In this document: positions 24,271-32,000 of the stretch, in pieces | Layout: every line of letters starts with the position of its first letter | Numbering within the stretch: position 1 is the first letter of the stretch | From: Gemmata obscuriglobus | Lineage (GTDB): Bacteria > Planctomycetota > Planctomycetia > Gemmatales > Gemmataceae | Length of the DNA stretch: 32,000 nt | Assembly: GCF_008065095.1 (NCBI RefSeq) | Contig: NZ_CP042911.1 | Coordinates: 5,820,001-5,852,000 of the forward strand | Direction of reading: 5' to 3' | Notes under the pieces: generated by a model | Seen by the model: only the letters and a program-made list of their open reading frames with translations | Database searches by the model: none | What the model was told of the DNA's origin: nothing | Translations under genes and position numbers: made by a program

Positions 24271-25569
24271 ATGGACGCCCCGCTCCCCGACCCCGGCGCC
24301 CCACTCCCGACCGACGTGGCCGCGCTCCATGCGCTGGTCCGCGCGTTGCTGGCCGAGGGGACCCGACTGCGGGCCGAGAACGCCGAACTGAAGACCAAAC
24401 TCGACGCGGCGACGAAGCACCGGTTCGGACGTCGCAGCGAGCGCAAGAAACCCGCACCGGCTGATCCGAAGCCCGCACGCCGACGCGACGAGCACGGGCG
24501 CTCGGTATTGCCCGAACATCTCGAACGGCGGGACGTGGTCCACGACCCGACCGACGAGCAGAAGCGGTGCCCGGCGTGCGGGCGTGCGCGGGAATGCATC
24601 GGCGAGCAGACGGCCGAGCAGTTGGACCTGGACCCGCCCCGGTTCTTCGTCCTGCGGACCCGCAAGCGGAGCTGCGCGTGCCGCCAGTGCGACCCGACGG
24701 CGGTGAAGCTGCGCGTCGCTGGCAAGAACCGCACGGCCCGGGCGCACCGGTGGGTCGGGATCGGGGATGCGGACTTCCCGTACGTAGTGTTCGACTTCAC
24801 CACCGGCTACACGGCCGACGGGCCGAGAGCGTTCTTCGACGGCTATGCGGGCTACCTCCAGGCCGACGCGCTGGCCCAGTACGAGGGGCTGTAGCGCGAG
24901 GGGAAGGTGACGCACGTGTGCTGCTGGGCACACGCCCGGCGGAAGTTCGTGGCCGCTCACGACGCCGGCGAGGAGCGAGCCGGTCGAGCGCTCGAACTGA
25001 TCGGCCCGCTATACGCGATCGAGCGGACGTTGCCCCCGCTGTTGCCCCCTTCGGACGACCTGGTCGCGACCGAGCAACGACGCGCCCGAGAAGAGCAACG
25101 GCGCGCGATCCGCGTGCGGGCGTCGGAAGGGCTGCTGAGCGACTTGCGGACGTGGCTCGATACGACGCGGGCGAGTGCGTTGCCGAAGTCACCGTTGGGG
25201 AGTGCAGTCGGTTACGCGACGAACAACTGGGCGGCGCTGGTCCGCGACCGGGACGCGGGGTACTTGGCGATCGACAACAACCTGGCCGAGCGAACGCTTC
25301 GCGCGGTCGCCGTCGGACGGAACAACTGGGGCGTGGTGGGTAGCGAGGTGGGCGGGCGAACGGCCGCGACCCTGTACAGCGTCGTCGGGACGTGCAAGCA
25401 CCTGTCCATCGACCCGTGGACGTACCTGCGGGACACGCTGCCGGGGATCTTCGCGCTGGGCGACGAGCCGACCGCCGAGCAACTGCGCGACTGGCTACCC
25501 GATCGGTGGCTGCTCAATCGCACCCGCGACCGACCCGCCAACACCGCCGCGCCGCACAAATCCCAATAG
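24271..25569 (+). pseudogene. tnpC: IS66-family transposase TnpC, inactivated (in-frame TAG at 24892-24894 and apparent internal deletion)
   Basis: The leucine-zipper N-terminus and zinc finger (CPACG...CACRQC) are followed after only ~12 aa by GKNRTARAHRWVGIGDADFPYVVFDFTTGY...GYLQADALAQYEGL, then a stop, then in the same frame REGKVTHVCCWAHARRKF. Intact TnpC proteins carry, to my recollection, >100 aa of DDE domain between the zinc finger and the GK.RT..LW segment. Confidence 0.7.
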
Positions 25570-25658
25570 CGAACCGCGACACCCAAACCCGCTGATCACG
25601 TGAGATCAGCGGGCTACCCGCGTTCCATCCCGAGCAACGTGTTTCGCCGGGCGCTTAC

Positions 25659-25908
25659 GGCGCAGGTTGTGGTCCAGGGTGCGGCGTTGGAACGCGAGCA
25701 GGGACGGGTCCTTGAGGGCGAACAGGGCCAGGCTCGCCAGGAGCGTGTCGGGCAACGAGAACGTGGGCTCGTGACGCGCATCCGGGATCGTGTCGAACCG
25801 GTTCCGGGCGAGCGAGATCAGGGCATCGAAGTGGAGGTGCTCATAGCACCCGGGGAACCGACGGGTGGGCTCATGACCACGCCCCAACGGGATCGGAGGG
25901 CGATACAA
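25659..25908 (-). pseudogene. N-terminal fragment of a DDE transposase gene truncated by the IS66 right end
   Basis: The minus-strand ORF (TTG start) shows good codon bias. Its sequence FDTIPDARHEPTFSLPDTLLASLALFALKDPSLLAFQRRTLDHNLR resembles the N-terminal region of IS4/ISAs1-like transposases. The reading frame runs straight into the IS66 IR at 25658 and ends shortly after. Confidence 0.5.
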
Positions 25909-26102
25909 TGACGGCCGCCTCGGGCCGACCGAGCTTCCCCGCCGGGGCCAAAAAGGCCCACGAATTCAAGCTTTTCAAGCCGAATTTCGCTCGCCGGGAA
26001 TTGCTGCGCGAGAGGCACGCCTGCCCGTCACTCATTCCCACACCACTCGCGACACCGTGAACGGTTACCGCGCCGACTGTTTGTGAGCGCAGGACTGCCC
26101 GG

Positions 26103-26585
26103 CTATTGTGCTGGCCGGGCATCAGCAACCAAGGCGACGGCTGAGCAAGTCGTTGAAAGGGCCCACCACGCAGAGAAAATGAAGGTGCTGTTTTGTGGAT
26201 CATTGGCTAGACCAAATCGCACAAGCCAACAGGCTTGAACAATGAGCGACGCAGACCAAATTAGCAGACGCACTTTTCGAGTGGGAATTGTGATTGCACG
26301 CACCCAGTAACCGATGGTAATAAGGTACCCAATACCGAATGGAAACGGAATAAGCGCCGACACGCCAAACGTACCGAATAGTAGAACGCCCCAAAGTGAA
26401 CCACCCAAAGCAAGCAAGATCGCGATCCGCTGCGGCCACAACGATTGACATGGCTGTTGCGCATCTTTGTGGACTGTTGATCGTAAAAAAAACATAATGT
26501 ATCCATTTAGAAAATTGTCTAGGCCGTGTGGACAGCCGCAATTGACTTTCGACGTAAACCCTGAATCAGTCTGATGTAGTGCCAC
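26103..26585 (-). CDS. Four-TM membrane protein, candidate Rhs immunity protein (GTG 26585; alternative ATG 26495)
   Basis: Four hydrophobic segments are present: IAILLALGGSLWGVLLFGTFGV, LIPFPFGIGYLITIGYWV, LLIWSASLIVQACWLV and FIFSAWWALSTTCSAVALV. It is the first sizeable ORF downstream of the Rhs gene on the same strand. It uses A/T-ending codons, unlike the host genes. Confidence 0.5.
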   Translation of the reverse strand: MALHQTDSGFTSKVNCGCPHGLDNFLNGYIMFFLRSTVHKDAQQPCQSLWPQRIAILLALGGSLWGVLLFGTFGVSALIPFPFGIGYLITIGYWVRAITIPTRKVRLLIWSASLIVQACWLVRFGLANDPQNSTFIFSAWWALSTTCSAVALVADARPAQ

Positions 26586-26660
26586 AATGGCGGCCAGGGG
26601 TTTGGCCGCCGCAACCGCTTGCTAGGCAGCAGCTCGTGAGTTGACTGTCTACATGATCTA

Positions 26661-26759
26661 CTAGCCATCGCAGAAAGAGTGCAACTCCTGTGACTGCAGC
26701 AGGGCACCTTTCCAAGGAGTTGGTTGCTAACTGAATCGCACTCTTTCTGCAACGGCTAG
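26661..26759. repeat. ~100-bp imperfect palindrome: CTAGCC..GCAGAAAGAGTGC-AACTCCT ... AGGAGTT ... GCACTCTTTCTGC..GGCTAG
   Basis: Read directly from the sequence. A 13-bp perfect arm lies at 26670-26682 / 26738-26750. An outer 6-bp arm lies at 26661-26666 / 26754-26759. An inner 7-bp arm lies at 26683-26689 / 26715-26721. Confidence 0.8.
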
Positions 26760-26761
26760 CA

Positions 26762-26864
26762 ATACGCTTCCCAGGAAACAACTGCCGGGCAGGCTTTCAG
26801 AAGCAGTCGAAAAACAACTGCCATTCCAGTGGTAGCTGTCGGCAGTTGTCTCCGGGAAGCGTAT
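26762..26864. repeat. ~100-bp imperfect palindrome ATACGCTTCCC-N-ACAACTGCCG ... CGGCAGTTGT-N-GGGAAGCGTAT with a third internal ACAACTGCC copy
   Basis: Read directly from the sequence. The arms are 26762-26787 / 26840-26864 (11 + 9 bp perfect, with a 5-6 nt mismatched middle). An extra AAAAACAACTGCC copy lies at 26810-26822. Confidence 0.8.
26810..26849 (-). terminator. Intrinsic-terminator-like hairpin for the rhs transcript
   Basis: On the minus strand it reads ACAACTGCC - 18-nt loop - GGCAGTTGT followed by TTTTCG. It lies about 120 nt after the rhs stop codon. Confidence 0.45.
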
Positions 26865-26965
26865 AAGATGCTGCAACCCAACGAGCTAGATTATTAGGCA
26901 AATCGAGCTATTCAACCCATATGGCCGTGGTCAATGGACAAAACACTATAATTTATATAAATACA

Positions 26966-29900
26966 TTAATCATCTAAATATGGCATTCTGCCTCCCGCCG
27001 CAGCGTCAGTCTTTTTGAATACCGAGATGGGTGGCCGAACGTCGACAACTCCATCACCCTTGTGAGCATTTGCCATATTAGTCAAGTATGTCTTCCAGAC
27101 TTTTTCAGTATCTTTTCTACCTTGATTGTTGAGCTGAAATCCAGCCTCTATCAACGCTCCGTTTCGCTTCTCTTCTGCGTTGGTTTCGAGTATCACAAGC
27201 TGCTTGCACTTCAAATCTACTGTTCTTACGGACCAAGTGCGCCAGCCAACGAGCAAGTGATTGCCGACGGTGACGGCTTCGATTTGCCGCCTAGGGCGAT
27301 TGAAAAACAATTCCACATAATTGATATTGCCGGGGCCATCACCCGCTATTAGGCCGCTCGACCAACCTTTTAGGCCAACAGCTTCAAATCCGGCAAACCA
27401 TCTACCATCTTTGATTCTAAAAGGAGGTATGACTCGAGAGTTATTATTTTCATTAAAATACTTAAACTGCTGCATGTCAAAATATATATTGCTGGCGATT
27501 GCATCCAACTGCTCTTGCGTTTTCCCTGTAAATTCAATCTTGACAATCTGTGTATGATGCAGCATCTCACCAGTTCCACCTTTGCTCCATTTCAGATCAC
27601 GCACAACATCGGCGTCGGGAATCTTATCTAAACCGTCATCAATTTTGCGTTTCTGCAATCCGCTTGCATCCGTGTCGTTTAGCGGACCGTTCGCAACGAA
27701 GCCGTAAAAATTCACATCTCCACCGGCAAGCCGGATCGGGTCGATGCTCACCCACCGCCCGAGTGTCGGGCTATACCACCGGTTACGTTGCGGGTTAAGA
27801 CCGGCCACCGCATCGGCCTCCATGCCCTGAAACCCGTGATAAAATGCGTATGCGCCTCCCAAGTCTATTTCATTATGGCTAGCGTTGTACGCGGTCTGCA
27901 CGCCGAACGGGTCATAGGCGTACCGCTCGACCAAGCTCCCGCTGCCGTTGACCAGCGCGGTGACGTTCCAGTTGGCGTCCTGCTGCACCCATAGCCGCTC
28001 ATCGAGCGTCCCGTTGGCGTCGGTATCGCGGTCACGCAGGATCAATGCGTCCAAGTACACAGGGCTCCACACGTACCGCGCGCTCGTGTTGCCGCCGACC
28101 TTCTCCTCGAGCACCTGCCACGAGGCCGAGTAGTACAGGTCCGTGGTTACGCTCGTCGCCGTCACGGTCTCGTTCACCCGCCGGTTGAGTCCATCGTACC
28201 CATAGGTCTTGAGCGTGGCGCCGCCGCTGCTCTTCACCGCCACGAGCCGGTTCCAGGCGTCGTACACGAACTGGCGCCCGGTCTCGTCACCGGTCATGTT
28301 CCCGTTCGCGTCGTACGTCGGGGTGGTGGCCCCGCTGATCCCGGTGATCTCGTTCTGCGCGTTCGCGGTGCGTGTCTGTGCGGCGCCGTTGGTGGTCACG
28401 CTGTCCCAGTTGCCCACCGCGTCGTAGTCCCAGTCTTGGCTCCGGGCTACCGTGCCACTGATCCCGGTCTTGGTGCCGTTGAGGGTGCCGCGATCGAAGC
28501 TCGCGAGCTGGTCCAGGGCGTCGTACCCGTACACCTCGCCGAACGTGGTATTGACAAGGTTGTCGCGGTACGTGCGGTTCCCGGCCGCGTCGTATCCGTA
28601 CTGGAACCGGTCCGTCGCGGTGCCGGTTGTTGGGTTCAGCCATCGCTGATCCACGACCCGCCCGAACCGGTCCAGGCCCGTGTACTGGTCGCCCGCGTCG
28701 CCGACGCTCTCGGCGGCCAGCTTCACGTAACTCAAGTCCACGTTCGGCTGCGGGTGCGAGCGAACCACGACGGTGCCCAGCCCCAGGTACGAGTACGCTT
28801 CCAGTGTGCCGGTCGAATCGCTCAGCGACGACCGCCGGCTGATGCTGTCATTTATCCCCGACGCGTAGTTGTACGTCAACACATATCCGGACGGGTACGT
28901 GATCGACGTGGGCCGCGATTGGTTGGTGCCGCTCGCCATTTCCGAGTACCCGTACTGCACCTTCGGGGTGGTCGAGGCGTTCACCGCGCCGCCGTGCGCC
29001 TGCCATTCGGTCACCATCTGCCCGAGCCCGTTGAACGCCCGCTGCACCTGGTTCACGATGCTCCCACCCGAGGCCGCGTCGTAGCTGGTGACGAGGTAGG
29101 CGTTCCCCTGGCCATCGTACGCGGTCTCGATGCGCCGTACGGCACCGCTGACGCCGCTGCCGAGGGTCGTCACCGCGTCACTCACCACCCGCCCGAGCAC
29201 ATCGTACGTCAGCGTGTGAACGCTCCCGTTGCGGTCCGTCGCCGTCAGCGTCTGCCCCAGCACGTTGACCGTCGTGACCTCCTGCTCGGACGCACTCGCG
29301 GCTCCGGTGCTCGGGTTCGGCCACCGGGTCGCGCCCGCCACATCGAACGAGTCCACCGCGCTGCCGGTACCCTGGCTCACCCCGTACAGGTACTGGGTGG
29401 TCTGCCCCCAGCCGCCCGTCACGTACGCCGTCAGGCTGGTCATCCCGGCCCCGTTGTACGTGTACCCCACGGCCTTGTCGTCTGCGTCGCTCACCACCCC
29501 GTTGACGAAGTTCTGGACCGTCCGCACGGTGCGCCCCAGCGCGTCCGCGTAGGTGCGACTCACCCGCCCCGCCGTGTCGGTCGCCTCGGCCGCCAAGCCG
29601 GCATCCCCGCCGGCGTTGACCACGGTCACGGACATGGTCGGGTTGCCGCCCGTCGCCACCACCGCCGGCTGGTACTTGCTGCCCAGCGCTCCGGTGAACC
29701 GCACCTCCCACCCGTACCCGCCCGGGGCCGCCGTCACCGCCACGTTCCCGCTACCGACTGAGGACAGCGCCTCCAGCGCCGCCTGCACCGCCGCCGCGGA
29801 CGCGTTCCACGCCAGCGACGAAGTGGTCTGGCCGCCAAACGTGAGGGTGAACGAGCCCCCCACGTTGGCCCCGGTGAGTTGTAACCACTGCACCGCGTCC

Positions 29901-32000
29901 GTCGCGTACCGGGTCTGCGTCACCAGCACGGTGGCGGTGCCCATCGGCACGGTGCCGGGCCGGGTCCACGCGGTCCCGCCGTTGGTCCCCACGTCCACGC
30001 TCGCCGTGGGCCGGTCGCCCAGGTCGTAGTAGTACCCGGCGTAGCTCACCCGCGCCCCGATCCCGCCCGACGGCGAGCCCAGCGCGCCGGTCCCGGTGGC
30101 GTCGTGGAACCGCTCCCGGCTCGTCACCGTCAGCACGTTCCCGCTCGCGTCGTACCCGTACTCCGCCTGCGTCAGAACCGTGTCCCCGGTCACGTCGTCG
30201 GCGTCGGAATACCCGATGTCCCCGCCCCCGTCCGTCGTGTAGTTGACGGTGAGCCGGCCCGCCCCGTCGTAGCTGGATTTCTGCACCAAGCCGCCCGGCG
30301 ACACGGTCTTGAGCACCTGCCCGCGGGCGTCGTACCACGTGAGCGAATACAGCGTGTTGGAGCCCACGTTCCCGGTACCCGGGTCGACCGCGTAGGTGTC
30401 GGTGCGGTACACCCGCCCCAACTCGTCGTAGCTGGTGGTGGACTGCGCCCGCAGCAGGCTGGAACTGAGCGGCTGTGGCACCCCGCCCGTCACGCTGGGG
30501 GTCGCCCCGTCGGCGTCGTACACCCGGGTCTTGGTCACCTGCCCCAGGTTGTCGTAGTCGGTGTACACGAGCGGCCGGTTCACACTCGTGGACTCGCTCG
30601 ACTCCACGCCCTGCTTCACCGCCACGGCCCGGCCCCGCCAGTCGAACCAGGTCTGCGTCACCCGCGCAGCGGCCCCGCCGCCCGGGTACTCGGTCACCGT
30701 GGTCAGGTTCCCGTCCCCGACGCCGCCCCCGTCGTACTCGTACGCCCGCACCTTCACCATGTTGGTGCCGGTCAGGTTGGTCGTGCTCCAGAACCCGGTG
30801 GTGGGCGTGTCGTCGGTGCCCACCCACACGCTCACCGCCCGCCCCAGCGCGTCGTACTCGGTGCGGGTGATGGTGCCCGCCGCGCTCACCGCCTTGTTCG
30901 ACTGCCCCGTCTTCCCGTACCCGGTCTGGGTGCGGTAAAAGTTCACCCCCTCGGTGCCCAGCGTCGCCGACGTCGAATACGTCAGCCCGCTCAGGGCGAA
31001 GTACGCGTCCGTGTGCGTCGCCTGTCCGACCGCGTTCACGTACGTGCGGGACAGCGACTGCACCTGGGAGATGGACTCGGCCCCGGTCGGCCGCCCGCCG
31101 CTCACCGCCGGAGCCGCGCTCATCGTCAGGGTTTCGGTGTACCCGTTCGCCGCGTCCGTGCGGGTCACCGTCGTCGGCCCGGTCGGGCGGTTCGTAGTAG
31201 CATCCCAGCCGGCATACGTGCGCACCTCGCGCGCGTCGTCGTCGTACACCGTGTAGTCCACCCGCCCGTTCGGGGCCGTCACCTTGGTCGCACGCCCGAG
31301 CGCATCCACCTCGTAGCTGGTCGTCAGGTGCAGCCCGCCGCCCGACGGGGTGGCCCACCCGCTGGGCAGGTTCGCGAACGTCCCGGTCTGGGCCGTGTCC
31401 ACGTCGGTGATGGTCTTCACCACCGCCCCGGTGGCCGCGTCGTACGCGGTGTACGTCAGGAACCCGGCCTGATCCTTCTGCCACACCGGGCGGCCGAACG
31501 CGTCGTTCACCGTCGTGACCGTGGTGGCGCTGTTGGACCCGTTCTGCGCCGTGGTGACGGTCGGCAACGTGACCGTGGTCGAAGCGATGTCGTTGGTGCC
31601 GGACCGGAACGTGTAACTGTAGCTCGTCGTCTGCCCGCCGGTCCCGTTGTCGTTCCGGTACACCGTCTCCGACGCCAGGTGGAAGAAGTCGAGCCCACCC
31701 ACCGTGTTCAGGATGTAGGTGAGCGTCTGCTGCGGCACCGCCGTCCCGGTCTCACCCTGCTGGATCGCCGACTGCTTCAGGTACCCGATCGCGTCGCCCG
31801 CGGCCGAGAGAGTCGCGGTGGTGATGCTCCCGTACGTGTACACCGTCACCAGGCCGGCCGTGTCGCTCAGGTACGTCGCGTTCCCGCCGCTGTACCCGAC
31901 CAGGTCCGCGTACCCCTCGCTGTACCCGGTCACCGCGCTGGGGGCTGCCGTCAGCGCCACCTGCCCGTCGGCCGTGTACCGGGTGTAGCTCACCCACGTG
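26966..32000 (-). CDS. Rhs/YD-repeat polymorphic toxin (N-terminus outside the window); core 27656-32000, variable C-terminal domain 26969-27655
   Basis: It has dozens of YD repeats (YTYDVLGRV, YGYDAAGNRT, YDANGNMT, YGYDGLNRRV). The Rhs-associated core end is RNRWYSPTLGRWVSIDPIRLAGGDVNFYGFVANGPLNDTDASGL. A 229-aa tail follows with no YD periodicity. The frame is open to the window edge. Confidence 0.9.
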   Translation of the reverse strand, partial: TWVSYTRYTADGQVALTAAPSAVTGYSEGYADLVGYSGGNATYLSDTAGLVTVYTYGSITTATLSAAGDAIGYLKQSAIQQGETGTAVPQQTLTYILNTVGGLDFFHLASETVYRNDNGTGGQTTSYSYTFRSGTNDIASTTVTLPTVTTAQNGSNSATTVTTVNDAFGRPVWQKDQAGFLTYTAYDAATGAVVKTITDVDTAQTGTFANLPSGWATPSGGGLHLTTSYEVDALGRATKVTAPNGRVDYTVYDDDAREVRTYAGWDATTNRPTGPTTVTRTDAANGYTETLTMSAAPAVSGGRPTGAESISQVQSLSRTYVNAVGQATHTDAYFALSGLTYSTSATLGTEGVNFYRTQTGYGKTGQSNKAVSAAGTITRTEYDALGRAVSVWVGTDDTPTTGFWSTTNLTGTNMVKVRAYEYDGGGVGDGNLTTVTEYPGGGAAARVTQTWFDWRGRAVAVKQGVESSESTSVNRPLVYTDYDNLGQVTKTRVYDADGATPSVTGGVPQPLSSSLLRAQSTTSYDELGRVYRTDTYAVDPGTGNVGSNTLYSLTWYDARGQVLKTVSPGGLVQKSSYDGAGRLTVNYTTDGGGDIGYSDADDVTGDTVLTQAEYGYDASGNVLTVTSRERFHDATGTGALGSPSGGIGARVSYAGYYYDLGDRPTASVDVGTNGGTAWTRPGTVPMGTATVLVTQTRYATDAVQWLQLTGANVGGSFTLTFGGQTTSSLAWNASAAAVQAALEALSSVGSGNVAVTAAPGGYGWEVRFTGALGSKYQPAVVATGGNPTMSVTVVNAGGDAGLAAEATDTAGRVSRTYADALGRTVRTVQNFVNGVVSDADDKAVGYTYNGAGMTSLTAYVTGGWGQTTQYLYGVSQGTGSAVDSFDVAGATRWPNPSTGAASASEQEVTTVNVLGQTLTATDRNGSVHTLTYDVLGRVVSDAVTTLGSGVSGAVRRIETAYDGQGNAYLVTSYDAASGGSIVNQVQRAFNGLGQMVTEWQAHGGAVNASTTPKVQYGYSEMASGTNQSRPTSITYPSGYVLTYNYASGINDSISRRSSLSDSTGTLEAYSYLGLGTVVVRSHPQPNVDLSYVKLAAESVGDAGDQYTGLDRFGRVVDQRWLNPTTGTATDRFQYGYDAAGNRTYRDNLVNTTFGEVYGYDALDQLASFDRGTLNGTKTGISGTVARSQDWDYDAVGNWDSVTTNGAAQTRTANAQNEITGISGATTPTYDANGNMTGDETGRQFVYDAWNRLVAVKSSGGATLKTYGYDGLNRRVNETVTATSVTTDLYYSASWQVLEEKVGGNTSARYVWSPVYLDALILRDRDTDANGTLDERLWVQQDANWNVTALVNGSGSLVERYAYDPFGVQTAYNASHNEIDLGGAYAFYHGFQGMEADAVAGLNPQRNRWYSPTLGRWVSIDPIRLAGGDVNFYGFVANGPLNDTDASGLQKRKIDDGLDKIPDADVVRDLKWSKGGTGEMLHHTQIVKIEFTGKTQEQLDAIASNIYFDMQQFKYFNENNNSRVIPPFRIKDGRWFAGFEAVGLKGWSSGLIAGDGPGNINYVELFFNRPRRQIEAVTVGNHLLVGWRTWSVRTVDLKCKQLVILETNAEEKRNGALIEAGFQLNNQGRKDTEKVWKTYLTNMANAHKGDGVVDVRPPISVFKKTDAAAGGRMPYLDD

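Larger units (their letters stand above)
23488..25658 (+). mobile_element. IS66-family element remnant (tnpA-tnpB-tnpC); right IR present, left IR not found
   Basis: It has the typical three-gene IS66 organisation. The right end reads ...CGGGCGCTTAC at 25658, which is the GTAAGCGCCCG terminal IR on the complement. No matching GTAAGCG repeat occurs in the 400 bp upstream of tnpA. Confidence 0.75.

Noticed and set aside
25962-25973. Adjacent EcoRI and HindIII sites (GAATTCAAGCTT), which look polylinker-like and could indicate vector contamination.
   Set aside because: The flanking sequence shows no other polylinker or vector features. The 12-mer lies in native-looking DNA between a transposase fragment and the membrane-protein ORF, so it is most likely coincidence.
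26519-26781. Minus-strand ORFs of 71 and 77 aa in the rhs-immunity spacer as alternative immunity candidates.
   Set aside because: They run through the two large palindromes, overlap each other in different frames, and translate to Cys/Arg/Ser-rich sequences without hydrophobic-core or TM features. The spacer is better explained as structured non-coding DNA. A short immunity ORF below the 60-aa track threshold cannot be excluded.

Overview
This is a high-GC bacterial chromosome segment. Hand-counted 60-nt lines in typical genes are about 68-73% GC. The gene content looks Planctomycetota-like: a giant PVC-type CxxCH heme-binding/dehydrogenase protein, a DUF1580-like gene and long intergenic gaps. 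That taxonomic call is inference, and all family calls come from motif recognition by eye; no searches were run.

Layout:
(1) 1-11.6 kb holds ordinary core genes: an RNase E/G 3' end, an SMI1/KNR4 protein, selD, a secreted 654-aa protein made of tandem modules, a secreted alpha/beta hydrolase, about 1.5 kb of gene-poor DNA with strong hairpins, a 1237-aa PVC heme-binding protein and a small lipoprotein.
(2) At 11,650 a tRNA(CAT) is followed directly by a tyrosine integrase and a co-oriented block. The block is a 721-aa orphan, a DUF1580-like HTH gene, a Toprim/ATPase replication protein and a TubC_N-like small protein. I read this as an integrated element whose right end I could not locate.
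(3) 19.8-23.1 kb holds an overlapping pair of unknown genes and a two-gene LicD / cytidylyltransferase / methyltransferase fusion module.
(4) 23.1-25.9 kb is an IS graveyard: an IS21 IstA fragment, an IS66 remnant with tnpA, tnpB and a decayed tnpC, and a DDE transposase gene cut by the IS66 right end.
(5) 26.1-32.0 kb, minus strand, holds a giant Rhs/YD-repeat protein that runs off the window. Its last 229 aa and the DNA downstream form an AT-rich (about 32-50% GC) foreign block containing two adjacent roughly 100-bp palindromes and a 4-TM ORF.

The most interesting candidate is this unrecognised Rhs C-terminal toxin domain with a putative membrane immunity gene. No CRISPR arrays or rRNA genes were seen.
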